A DNA stretch of 55,501 bases from an uncultured Candidatus Saccharibacteria bacterium (GTDB lineage: Bacteria > Patescibacteriota > Minisyncoccia > Minisyncoccales > GWA2-38-27): contig CAYOZF010000001.1 in NCBI GenBank assembly GCA_964408385.1, forward strand, positions 47,348-102,848, read 5' to 3'. The notes beneath the pieces were generated by a model. That model worked only from the letters and a program-made list of their open reading frames with translations. It did no database searches and was not told the origin of the DNA. Of the stretch, positions 27,895 through 36,011 are shown in pieces. Positions within the stretch are counted from its first letter, which is position 1. Each line of letters opens with the position of its first letter. A program made the translations under genes and the position numbers.

Positions 27895-29801
27895 TGTCTA
27901 AGAAAAAATGGCCTAACAAATCACAGTGGAGGCAGTTTTTCCGGGTTTTGAACAGAAAGGAAAAGATTATCTTTTTTGTTTTTTCCCTGTTATTCTTATC
28001 TTCTTTAATCTTCCTCTGCTCTAATTTCTATCTTAAAAATACAATTATTGTTCCGAAAAAAGGAGGAGCGCTTATTGAAGGAACAGTGGGCCAGCCAAGA
28101 TTTATTAACCCTGTTTATGCTAATTCTGATGTTGACCGCGATTTAACCCAGCTCATATTTTCAGGTTTAATGAAATACGAAGAAAACCTTAATATAGTCA
28201 CTGATCTGGCTGAAACATACTCTATTGAAGAAGAAGGAAAGGTTTACAAGTTTTATCTGAAAAAAGATCTGTTATGGCAGGACAACAAACCAATCACAGC
28301 TGATGATGTAATCTTTACTATTGAAACAATCCAGAATCCTGATTTCAAAAGCCCTGTTCAGGCAAATTGGGTAGGAGTAGAAGTAGAGAAAATTGATGAT
28401 TACGGAGTTAAATTCACTTTAAAAAAGCCCTATGCTGCTTTTCTGGAAAACTGCACTTTGGGTATTATGCCCAAGCATATTTCTCCAGAGAGCTTTGTTT
28501 TTGAACCATATAATCTAGAAGCAGTAGGTTCCGGCCCTTACAAGATAAAAAAAATCAAACAGGATAAAACCAGAATAGAATATATAGTCTTAGAAAAAAA
28601 CAATAACTATCACGGCAACAAACCTTTTATCTCTGAAATCAAGTTTATCTTTTTTGAAAACGAAGAAGACCTTATTGAAGCAGCTAAGAAAGGAAAAATT
28701 ACTTCTTTTTCTCCAGCATCATCTTCAAAACTAAATAATAATTGGCAGGAATACAAAATCTCTCTGCCCAGATACTTTGCTGTCTTCTTCAACCAGGAGA
28801 ATTCAGAGCTATTGGAAGATGAAGATGTAAGACTGGCTTTAAATTACGCAACCAATAAGAAGGAAATTAATGAAAATATTATTGACTCCCCTATTCTTCC
28901 TGAATTATATGGGTTTGAATCTCCTTCAGAGATTTACAGCTTTGATATTGAAAAAGCAAAAGAAATCCTGGAAAAGGCTGGATTTAAGGAAACAGACTCG
29001 GGCTACAGAGAAAAGATTGTTAACAAGGAACCAGCTTTTACTTTTAAGAGCCGACTAGCAAAAGGCTCCAGCGGAAAGGAAGTAACAGAACTTCAGAAAT
29101 GCCTGGCCAAGTTTGATGATATTTATCCAGACGGTTCAGTAACAGGCTATTTCGGCTCTAAAACAGAACAAGCAGTAATCAAGTTCCAGAAAAAGTACGG
29201 CATAGACGCTATTGGAGCGGTTGGTACAAGTACGAGGGCTAAATTAAATGAAGTTTGCTTTGAACAAGCAGGAGGAGAAACAATAGCTTTAAAATTCACC
29301 CTAACAACTATTGATCAGCCGGAAATGATTAAAGTCGCTGAAAGCTTAAAAGAACAATGGAAACAGATAGGAGTAGAAATTGAAATCCAAAGCTATGCCT
29401 CATTCCAGCTAGAACAGAACATTATCAAACCAAGAGAATACGAAGCCTTATTGTTCGGAGAAGTCTTGGGAGCAATTCCTGATCCTTTCCCTTTCTGGCA
29501 TTCTTCCCAGAAAAACGACCCGGGTTTAAACCTGGCTCTATACGAAAATGAAAAGGCTGACAAGCTTTTGGAAGAAAACAGACAATCTCCTGACCCCGAA
29601 TCCAGAGCTGAAAAATTAGCTTCTTTCCAAGAGATATTAATCCAGGACTTACCCTGTGTATTTCTTTTCAGCCCTGACTATATTTACCTGGCTTCTGAAG
29701 AAATAAAAGGTGTAGAAATAAACAAGATTACTGAACCCTCAAAGAGATTCTCTGGAATTGAAAACTGGTATATAAAAACCTCTCGTCGCTTCGCTCCTTG
29801 A
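27894..29801 (+). CDS. Membrane-anchored family-5 solute-binding protein (SBP_bac_5-like) with an inserted peptidoglycan-binding (PG_binding_1) domain
   Basis: N-terminal TM helix. SBP5-type core (LIFSGLMKYEENLNIVTDLAE..., WQDNKPITADDVIFT). The insert GSSGKEVTELQKCLAKF...DGSVTGYFGSKTEQAVIKFQKKYGI is a PGB1 signature. TAATG overlap with secG. Confidence 0.8.
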   Translation: MSKKKWPNKSQWRQFFRVLNRKEKIIFFVFSLLFLSSLIFLCSNFYLKNTIIVPKKGGALIEGTVGQPRFINPVYANSDVDRDLTQLIFSGLMKYEENLNIVTDLAETYSIEEEGKVYKFYLKKDLLWQDNKPITADDVIFTIETIQNPDFKSPVQANWVGVEVEKIDDYGVKFTLKKPYAAFLENCTLGIMPKHISPESFVFEPYNLEAVGSGPYKIKKIKQDKTRIEYIVLEKNNNYHGNKPFISEIKFIFFENEEDLIEAAKKGKITSFSPASSSKLNNNWQEYKISLPRYFAVFFNQENSELLEDEDVRLALNYATNKKEINENIIDSPILPELYGFESPSEIYSFDIEKAKEILEKAGFKETDSGYREKIVNKEPAFTFKSRLAKGSSGKEVTELQKCLAKFDDIYPDGSVTGYFGSKTEQAVIKFQKKYGIDAIGAVGTSTRAKLNEVCFEQAGGETIALKFTLTTIDQPEMIKVAESLKEQWKQIGVEIEIQSYASFQLEQNIIKPREYEALLFGEVLGAIPDPFPFWHSSQKNDPGLNLALYENEKADKLLEENRQSPDPESRAEKLASFQEILIQDLPCVFLFSPDYIYLASEEIKGVEINKITEPSKRFSGIENWYIKTSRRFAP

Positions 29802-29857
29802 GAATTTTAATCCGCTAAAGTATAAATATATAATCTTAAATTTAAAACAAAAAGAGC

Positions 29858-30427
29858 ATGGAAGTAAAACCGGATATCCGCTATTTATATGACATGAAAG
29901 ATGTTGTTTATGACCAGGAATGGCTGAAAACAGCTCCTAATCTTGAGCTTTACTATATGTATAGAGCGGTAAAGAAAAAAGGAGAGCTAAGATATGATAT
30001 TACTGTTATTCCTCCTAAGATGCTGGGTAAGGAATTTGTTAGAACCAAGGGCAACCGCAATTCAGAGAATTTTCCAGAACTCTATACTGTTTTAGAGGGA
30101 GAAGCTATCTTCTTAATGCAGAAACAAAAAGGAGATATTGTTGAAGATGTCTTTGCTGTAAAAGCTAAGCCAAAAGACTCAATAATTATTTCTGCCGAAT
30201 ATGCAGTGGTAATGATAAACCCTTCAAAGAAAACATTAAAAACAGCTAACTGGGTGTCTGAAAAGAATGAAAATATCTATAAAGAGTTAAAATCAATGAA
30301 AGGAGCCTGTTATTTCTATACTAAAAAGGGTTGGGTTAAAAACAAAAACTACAAAAAAATTCCTAAGCTCCGCTTTGAAAAACCTCGAAAATCAGTTCCT
30401 AAGAATTTAAACTTTTTAAAAGGATAA
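29858..30427 (+). CDS. Cupin-type phosphoglucose isomerase (archaeal cPGI) homologue lacking the metal-binding histidines
   Basis: RYDITVIPPKMLGKEFVRTKGNRNSENFPELY aligns to P. furiosus cPGI ...VLYPGKVGKEFFFTKGHFHAKLDRAEVY. See finding. Confidence 0.6.
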   Translation: MEVKPDIRYLYDMKDVVYDQEWLKTAPNLELYYMYRAVKKKGELRYDITVIPPKMLGKEFVRTKGNRNSENFPELYTVLEGEAIFLMQKQKGDIVEDVFAVKAKPKDSIIISAEYAVVMINPSKKTLKTANWVSEKNENIYKELKSMKGACYFYTKKGWVKNKNYKKIPKLRFEKPRKSVPKNLNFLKG

Positions 30428-30511
30428 GCCGAGGTGGTGGAACTGGCAGACACGCAGCGTTCAGGACGCTGTAGAGGAAACTCTATGCGGGTTCAAATCC
30501 CGCCCTCGGCA
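30428..30511 (+). tRNA. tRNA-Leu (anticodon CAG), class II long variable arm, no encoded CCA
   Basis: Acceptor stem GCCGAGG/CCTCGGC. Anticodon arm CAGCG-TTCAGGA-CGCTG. Variable arm TAGAGGAAACTCTAT. T-arm GCGGG-TTCAAAT-CCCGC. It starts the nucleotide after the upstream stop codon. Confidence 0.93.
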
Positions 30512-30519
30512 CAAATACT

Positions 30520-32217
30520 ATGAAAAAAGAAAATCTAAGAATTATTCCTCTTGGAGGATGTGAAGAAGTCGGTAGAAACATGACTGTTTTTGAATATGAC
30601 GACGGGTCGTCCGCTTCGCGTGGGCAAGATATTGTTATCCTGGATATGGGAATCCAGTTCCCAGAAGAAGATATGCCTGGAATCAATTATGTTATTCCTG
30701 ATACCAGCTATCTTAAGGGCAAAGAAAAGAATATAAAAGGAATTATTTTCTCCCACGGCCATATGGATCATATAGGAGCTGCTCCTTTATTGCTGGAAAA
30801 ACTGGGTAATCCCCCAGTTATTGGCCGGCCTTTTACCTTAGAGATGATAAAATACCGCCAGGAAGATTATGACAGAGGAAGCTCCAAGAGAATTAAAACA
30901 ATTTATGTAAAAGATGTTAAAGATGAAATAAAGCTTGGGCCTTTTAAAATAGGCTTTTTCCGGGTTGACCATGCTATTATGGATGCCATAGGAGTAATAA
31001 TCTATACTCCTACAGCAACTGTTATCCATCCCGGCGACTGGATGATAGAACACAGGCCAATAGGCAGAGAAAAGCTGAAATACGACCATTTAGCCAAGCT
31101 TCCCAAGCCGACCATCTTAATGCTGGAAAGCATTGGCTCTACTAATAAAGAACAGCCGGTAACTGAAAAGGAAATGTTTGATAATCTAAAAAACCTGATT
31201 AAACAAGCTCCGGGCAGAACTATTATTGCTACTTTTTCTTCCCAAGTCCAGAGAATAAAACAAATAATAGAGTTTGCTTCTGAAAACAATAAGAAAGTAG
31301 CCTTAGACGGCTTCTCTCTGAAAATGGGGGTAGAGATTGCTAAAAACCTAGGATATGTAAAAATAAAAAAGGGAGTTCTTATTCCCATAGACAAGGCTCA
31401 TGAATATCCAGACAAAAAGATTGTTGTTGTCTGCACTGGAGCCCAAGGAGAAGAAAACGCTGCCCTGCCCAGAATTGTCGACAACAACCATAGATTTATA
31501 AAAATAAAGAAAACTGATACTATTATCTTCTCTTCCTCAGTTATTCCAGGCAACGAAAGAACTATCCAGCGCTTAAAAGACAGGCTTTACCGCCTTTCTG
31601 ATAATATTATTCACAGCGATATTATGGATGTCCATATTTCCGGACACAGTAATATTAAGGATATTCAGGAGATTATAGGGCAGATAAAACCGACTTTCTT
31701 TATCCCGGTTTATGCTAACCATTTTATGCTTAAAGAAGCTGCCAAAATAGCCTATAAAATGGGGTTTAAACGGGATGAAGTTATTGTTCCAGACAACGGC
31801 TCTGTTATTGAGGTTAAAGATAATAAGATTAATATGACAAAAGAAAAAGTTGCTTCTGAATACGTTTTTGTTGACGGCTCAGGCGTAGGTGATGTTGGAG
31901 AAGTAGTGCTTAACGACAGAAGGAAACTAGCCCAGGACGGAATGTTTGTTATTATAGCAGTTGTGGATAAAAAGACTGGCAGAGTTAAGAACTCTCCTGA
32001 TATAATATCTAGAGGGTTCATCTATCTTAGAGAATCAAAAGAGCTTCTCGCCCAGACCAGAAAAAAGGTGGTTCATATTATTAATGAAAAGTCGGGAGGA
32101 GACGGACCAACCAACTGGACTAATCTTAAAGAGGAAGTAAGAAACAAAATAGGCCAATTTCTTTTTTCTAAAACAGAAAGAAGACCCATAATATTACCAG
32201 TTATAATAGAATCATGA
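30520..32217 (+). CDS. rnj: Ribonuclease J
   Basis: LRIIPLGGCEEVGRNM. The metallo-beta-lactamase motif is HGHMDHIGA. A beta-CASP region and C-terminal domain follow. 565 aa. Confidence 0.93.
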   Translation: MKKENLRIIPLGGCEEVGRNMTVFEYDDGSSASRGQDIVILDMGIQFPEEDMPGINYVIPDTSYLKGKEKNIKGIIFSHGHMDHIGAAPLLLEKLGNPPVIGRPFTLEMIKYRQEDYDRGSSKRIKTIYVKDVKDEIKLGPFKIGFFRVDHAIMDAIGVIIYTPTATVIHPGDWMIEHRPIGREKLKYDHLAKLPKPTILMLESIGSTNKEQPVTEKEMFDNLKNLIKQAPGRTIIATFSSQVQRIKQIIEFASENNKKVALDGFSLKMGVEIAKNLGYVKIKKGVLIPIDKAHEYPDKKIVVVCTGAQGEENAALPRIVDNNHRFIKIKKTDTIIFSSSVIPGNERTIQRLKDRLYRLSDNIIHSDIMDVHISGHSNIKDIQEIIGQIKPTFFIPVYANHFMLKEAAKIAYKMGFKRDEVIVPDNGSVIEVKDNKINMTKEKVASEYVFVDGSGVGDVGEVVLNDRRKLAQDGMFVIIAVVDKKTGRVKNSPDIISRGFIYLRESKELLAQTRKKVVHIINEKSGGDGPTNWTNLKEEVRNKIGQFLFSKTERRPIILPVIIES

Positions 32218-32349
32218 ACCCCGTAGAGAAATTTCGATAATGCGCCGAAGGCACACAAAAATATGGGGATAAATAAAAATAAATTAATTAAGTTAATCAG
32301 AATTTTCGAGAATATTATTATGTAATAAATCGAAATTCTTCTACGGGGT
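32218..32349. repeat. Inverted-repeat-bounded intergenic element (132 nt) filling the whole rnj-trpS spacer
   Basis: The arms ACCCCGTAGAGAAATTTCGAT (32218-32238) and ATCGAAATTCTTCTACGGGGT (32329-32349) are complementary at 19 of 21 positions. The right arm overlaps the trpS GTG. Confidence 0.8.
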
Positions 32350-33325
32350 GAAAATAGTATCAGGCATCCAGCCAACTGGATCTATTCACATAGGGAATTA
32401 TTTAGGAGCTATAAAACAATGGGTTGAGCTTCAGGAGAAGAACGACTGTATCTTTTTCATTGCTGACCTTCATTCCTTGACTATTCCTTATGATAAGAAT
32501 GACTTACAGAAGAATATAATTGAGGCAGCTGTTGCCCACCTGGCTTTAGGCATTGACCCTCAGAAAAGCATATTCTTTGTCCAATCAGATATTAAAGAGC
32601 ATTCTGAACTCTGCTGGCTCTTAAGCACTCTTTCCCCTATTGGAGACCTCCAAAGAATGACCCAGTATAAAGAGAAATCAAAGCAGTTCAAAAAGAACAT
32701 CAATGCTGGGTTATTAACCTATCCTATTCTCCAAGCAGCTGATATATTATTATATAAAGGAGAAGCTGTACCAGTGGGAAAAGACCAGGTCCAGCATATT
32801 GAATTAACCAGAACCATTGCCAGAAAGTTTAACCAGAGATTCGGAAAAACCTTTCCTGAGCCTAAGGCTCTTTTGCCTAAATTAGGAGCAAAGATTATGT
32901 CTTTAGATGATCCTAAAAAAAAGATGTCCAAATCTTTAGGCCCTCAAAGTTATATCTCTGTTTTTGAAGAACCCAAAGAAATCAAAAAGAAAATAATGTC
33001 AGCTGTAACTGACACTGGAAAAGTAGTAAAGTATAATGTTAGAAGAAAACCAGGTATTTCCAATCTCTTAACTATCTACAGCCTATTCAGCAACCAATCA
33101 GTAAAAGAATTAGAAAAGAAATTCAAGTCCAAAGGTTATGCCTATTTCAAGAAATCACTAGCTGACTTTCTAATAGATTCTTTAGAGCCTTTCAGAAAAA
33201 AAAGAAAAGAGTTTCTTGCCAGAAAAGTCTATGTGGAAGAAACTCTAAAGCTTGGCTCCAGAAGAGCCAAATCTGTTGCTGAACGGACAATGACTGAAAC
33301 CCGGAAGAAAATGGGGTTAGAGTAA
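32348..33325 (+). CDS. trpS: Tryptophanyl-tRNA synthetase
   Basis: (GTG)KIVSGIQPTGSIHIGNYLGAIKQW carries the HIGN signature. KMSKS is present (KKMSKSLG). Confidence 0.93.
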   Translation: MKIVSGIQPTGSIHIGNYLGAIKQWVELQEKNDCIFFIADLHSLTIPYDKNDLQKNIIEAAVAHLALGIDPQKSIFFVQSDIKEHSELCWLLSTLSPIGDLQRMTQYKEKSKQFKKNINAGLLTYPILQAADILLYKGEAVPVGKDQVQHIELTRTIARKFNQRFGKTFPEPKALLPKLGAKIMSLDDPKKKMSKSLGPQSYISVFEEPKEIKKKIMSAVTDTGKVVKYNVRRKPGISNLLTIYSLFSNQSVKELEKKFKSKGYAYFKKSLADFLIDSLEPFRKKRKEFLARKVYVEETLKLGSRRAKSVAERTMTETRKKMGLE

Positions 33326-34648
33326 TTAATTATTCAAAACCAGAGAGCTTAGTTCTTTGGTTTTTTGTTTTAAAAGCTTCTGGCTATCGGCCTCAATTGT
33401 TAAACGCAGTAACGGCTCGGTATTTGAAGGTCTAAGATTAAACCACCAGTCATTATATTCTACTGTGACCCCGTCCAAATAATCCTGCTTGCCGTCTGAA
33501 TATTCTTTTTTAACCAAATCCAATATCTTTTCTTTATCTCTAACCTTAAAATTAATTTCAGATCCTTTAGCATAGGGAGACAATTCTTTTTTAATTTTAG
33601 AAACCTTTTTATTTAAATCAGAAATGACTTCCAATAAAAGTAATAAGGATATAAAACCGGAGTCAAGATAATAGTTATCTCTAAAACAATAATGGCCTGA
33701 TAATTCTCCTCCCATTATTCCGTCATTCTCTTCTATAGCTTTTTGAATATTAATAAAACCCACCGGGGTTCTAAGAGGTCTCCCTCCCCATTTTTTAATA
33801 AACTCTGGAACAGCTTTAGAGCAAATCAAATTATAGGCTATTCCCTTATTAGGATTCTTCTCTAAAAGATGTTTAGCTAAAATTAAAAGCGTAACATCAG
33901 CTCTAACAAAATTGCCCAGCTCATCTATCAGATAGATTCTATCAGCATCGGGGTCAAAGATAAAACCGAGGTCAGCTTTTTGTTTTTTTACCTCTCTGCT
34001 AATCTGATCGGTTGCTCCCTGGCTTAAAGGATTAGGAGAATGAACAGGAAAACTTCCATCTAATTTAAAGCTTAAAGGACTAATCTTAACGGGCAATCTT
34101 TTTTCAATCAAAGGAATAACTTTCCCGGCCATGCCATTCCCTGCATCTATTACTATTTTAAATGGTTTTATTTTATTGAGATTAACAAAAGAAAAAATGT
34201 GATTAATATAATCAGACCAGATATCCAACTCCTTGATTTTTCCCTCTTTTTTTGAAGAAAAATCTTTTTCAATAATATTAAGAAGAGCTTTTCCAGAAAC
34301 AACTTTAACCTTGTTAATCATTTTAAATCCATTGTACTCCCTGGGATTATGAGAAGCAGTTATCATAATTCCTGTTTTATATTTATAATAACCAGTTGAA
34401 AAATAAACACATTCAGTTGGAACCTGGCCTATATCATAAACATTGGCTCCCTGGGAAATAATTCCCCTGCTTAGGGATTCAAAAAGAACCGGGGAGGAAA
34501 GGCGCATATCCCGACCCACGATGATATCTTTTGCTTTAGTATAGTTAACAAAAGCCTGACCTATTTTAAAGGCGGTTTCTTTGTTTAACTCCTTGGGATA
34601 AATTCCCCTGATATCATAAGACTTGAATATTAAGGGATTGACCTTCAT
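33326..34648 (-). CDS. Phosphomannomutase/phosphoglucomutase family protein
   Basis: Active-site loop TASHNPREYNGFK. Mg loop FDPDADR. Sugar loop GGELSGH. Confidence 0.88.
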   Translation of the reverse strand: MKVNPLIFKSYDIRGIYPKELNKETAFKIGQAFVNYTKAKDIIVGRDMRLSSPVLFESLSRGIISQGANVYDIGQVPTECVYFSTGYYKYKTGIMITASHNPREYNGFKMINKVKVVSGKALLNIIEKDFSSKKEGKIKELDIWSDYINHIFSFVNLNKIKPFKIVIDAGNGMAGKVIPLIEKRLPVKISPLSFKLDGSFPVHSPNPLSQGATDQISREVKKQKADLGFIFDPDADRIYLIDELGNFVRADVTLLILAKHLLEKNPNKGIAYNLICSKAVPEFIKKWGGRPLRTPVGFINIQKAIEENDGIMGGELSGHYCFRDNYYLDSGFISLLLLLEVISDLNKKVSKIKKELSPYAKGSEINFKVRDKEKILDLVKKEYSDGKQDYLDGVTVEYNDWWFNLRPSNTEPLLRLTIEADSQKLLKQKTKELSSLVLNN

Positions 34649-34656
34649 ATATATCT

Positions 34657-34665
34657 ATTATAACA
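34657..34665. promoter_or_regulatory. Overlapping divergent -10 boxes in a 24-bp spacer (PMM/PGM and ychF), both about 8 nt from their ATGs
   Basis: The minus strand reads TGtTATAAT (34665-34657) and the ATG is at 34648. The plus strand reads TATAAC (34659-34664) and the ATG is at 34673. Confidence 0.45.
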
Positions 34666-34672
34666 TAACTAT

Positions 34673-35539
34673 ATGAGTTTTTCAGTAGGCATTATTGGTC
34701 TTCCTAATGCTGGGAAGTCAACCTTGTTTAAAGCCCTGACTAAAAAACAGGTTGATATTGCTGATTATCCTTTTACTACTATTGACCCTAATATAGGTAT
34801 AGTTGCTGTGCCTGATAAAAGACTAGAAAAAATAGCTCAGATTGTCCAACCGGAAAAAATCACCCCTACGGTAATAAAGTTTATAGATATTGCCGGCTTA
34901 ATAAAAGATGCCCACAAAGGAGAAGGAATGGGCAACCAGTTTCTTTCCCATATCAGACCCTGTGATGCCTTAATCCAGGTAATTAGATGTTTTAAAACTT
35001 CAAATATTACAGAAGAGATTAATCCTAAAAAGGAAATAGAGATAATTGAGAATGAACTGCTTATGAAAGACCAGGAGCTGGAAGACAAAACCCTGACTTC
35101 TAAGAATAAAATCTATGTTTTCAATATTAAAGATAACCAGGATATTCCAGACCTGCCTAACTCTCTAAGCATTAATCTGAAAGATGAAGAGGAGATAAGC
35201 GAGCTTTCTCCTCAAGAAGCAGAAGAATTATCATTAAAATCAAAACTTGACGAATTAATCCTAGCTTGCTACAATACCCTTAGTTTGGTAACTTTCTTTA
35301 CAATCACTGGAGGCAAGGAAATAAGAGCCTGGACCATAAAAAAGGGCTCGGATATAATATCAGCAGCTGAAAAAGTCCACACTGACTTTGCGGAAAAGTT
35401 TATCAAAGCAGAAGTAATCCCCTGGCAGGAGCTAATAGAAGCCGACTCCTGGAATAAAGCTAGAGAATCAGGCAAAATAAAACTAGCAGGCAAAGACTAT
35501 ATTGTTCAGGAAGGAGATATAATTGAGTTTAAAATCTAA
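34673..35539 (+). CDS. ychF: Ribosome-binding ATPase YchF (shortened coiled-coil domain)
   Basis: The P-loop is GIIGLPNAGKSTLFKALT. Also present are DYPFTTIDPN and the C-terminal TGS-like end YIVQEGDIIEFK. 288 aa. Confidence 0.88.
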   Translation: MSFSVGIIGLPNAGKSTLFKALTKKQVDIADYPFTTIDPNIGIVAVPDKRLEKIAQIVQPEKITPTVIKFIDIAGLIKDAHKGEGMGNQFLSHIRPCDALIQVIRCFKTSNITEEINPKKEIEIIENELLMKDQELEDKTLTSKNKIYVFNIKDNQDIPDLPNSLSINLKDEEEISELSPQEAEELSLKSKLDELILACYNTLSLVTFFTITGGKEIRAWTIKKGSDIISAAEKVHTDFAEKFIKAEVIPWQELIEADSWNKARESGKIKLAGKDYIVQEGDIIEFKI

Positions 35540-35937
35540 TGAAAAACTACGAACTAACCTATTTAATAAAACCTGATATTTTTGAAACAGAAATAAAAAG
35601 CTTAACTGAAAAAATAAGCGCTTTTATTAAAGAACAAGGAAAAATAATAAAAACATCTGAACCTAATAAAAAGAACCTAGGCTATCAGATAAAGGACAGA
35701 GCTGAGGCTTTACTGGTTTCTTTGGATTTCTCTTTAAATCCTGAAAATATAAAGAAATTAGAGGAAATGCTTAAAAAGGAAAACCAGGTTATAAGGCATA
35801 TTATTGTAATAAAAAAGAAAGTAAGAGAAATAACCCCCCGAATCAAGCCCATTGAGCTCTTGGTTGAAAAACCTCAAGGCTCTAAAAAGGTTGAGTTAAA
35901 AGAAATTGACAAAAAGATAGAAGAAATATTAAAATAA
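35539..35937 (+). CDS. rpsF: Ribosomal protein S6
   Basis: MKNYELTYLIKPDI is the S6 N-terminus. The gene is in the rpsF-ssb-rpsR order and has a TAATG overlap with ychF. Confidence 0.9.
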   Translation: MKNYELTYLIKPDIFETEIKSLTEKISAFIKEQGKIIKTSEPNKKNLGYQIKDRAEALLVSLDFSLNPENIKKLEEMLKKENQVIRHIIVIKKKVREITPRIKPIELLVEKPQGSKKVELKEIDKKIEEILK

Positions 35938-35940
35938 TAA

Positions 35941-36010
35941 TATGAAAAACTAGTTTTCTATTAGTATGAAAAACGAGTTTTCTACTAGTATGAAAACAAG
36001 TTCCTATTAA
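35941..36010 (+). repeat. Three tandem copies of a 22-24-nt unit running into the ssb start codon
   Basis: The units are TATGAAAAACTAGTTTTCTATTAG, TATGAAAAACGAGTTTTCTACTAG and TATGAAAACAAGTTCCTATTAA, followed by TATG(ssb). The first two units contain the mini-palindrome GAAAAC-nnG-TTTTC. Confidence 0.9.
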
Positions 36011-36011
36011 T

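Noticed and set aside
32218-32347. T-box leader upstream of trpS, with similar consideration for the other aaRS genes
   Set aside because: The spacer is only 130 nt and lacks the conserved T-box sequence and specifier-loop architecture. The other synthetase genes have essentially no 5' spacer.
32073-32375. 100-aa minus-strand ORF spanning the rnj 3' end, the inverted-repeat element and the trpS start
   Set aside because: It overlaps two conserved genes on the other strand and its translation is low-complexity. The region is better explained by the inverted-repeat element.
35941-36010. Possible mini-CRISPR array
   Set aside because: The repeats are contiguous with no spacers. There are only three units, about 24 nt each, and no cas genes in the window. 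It is a simple tandem repeat.
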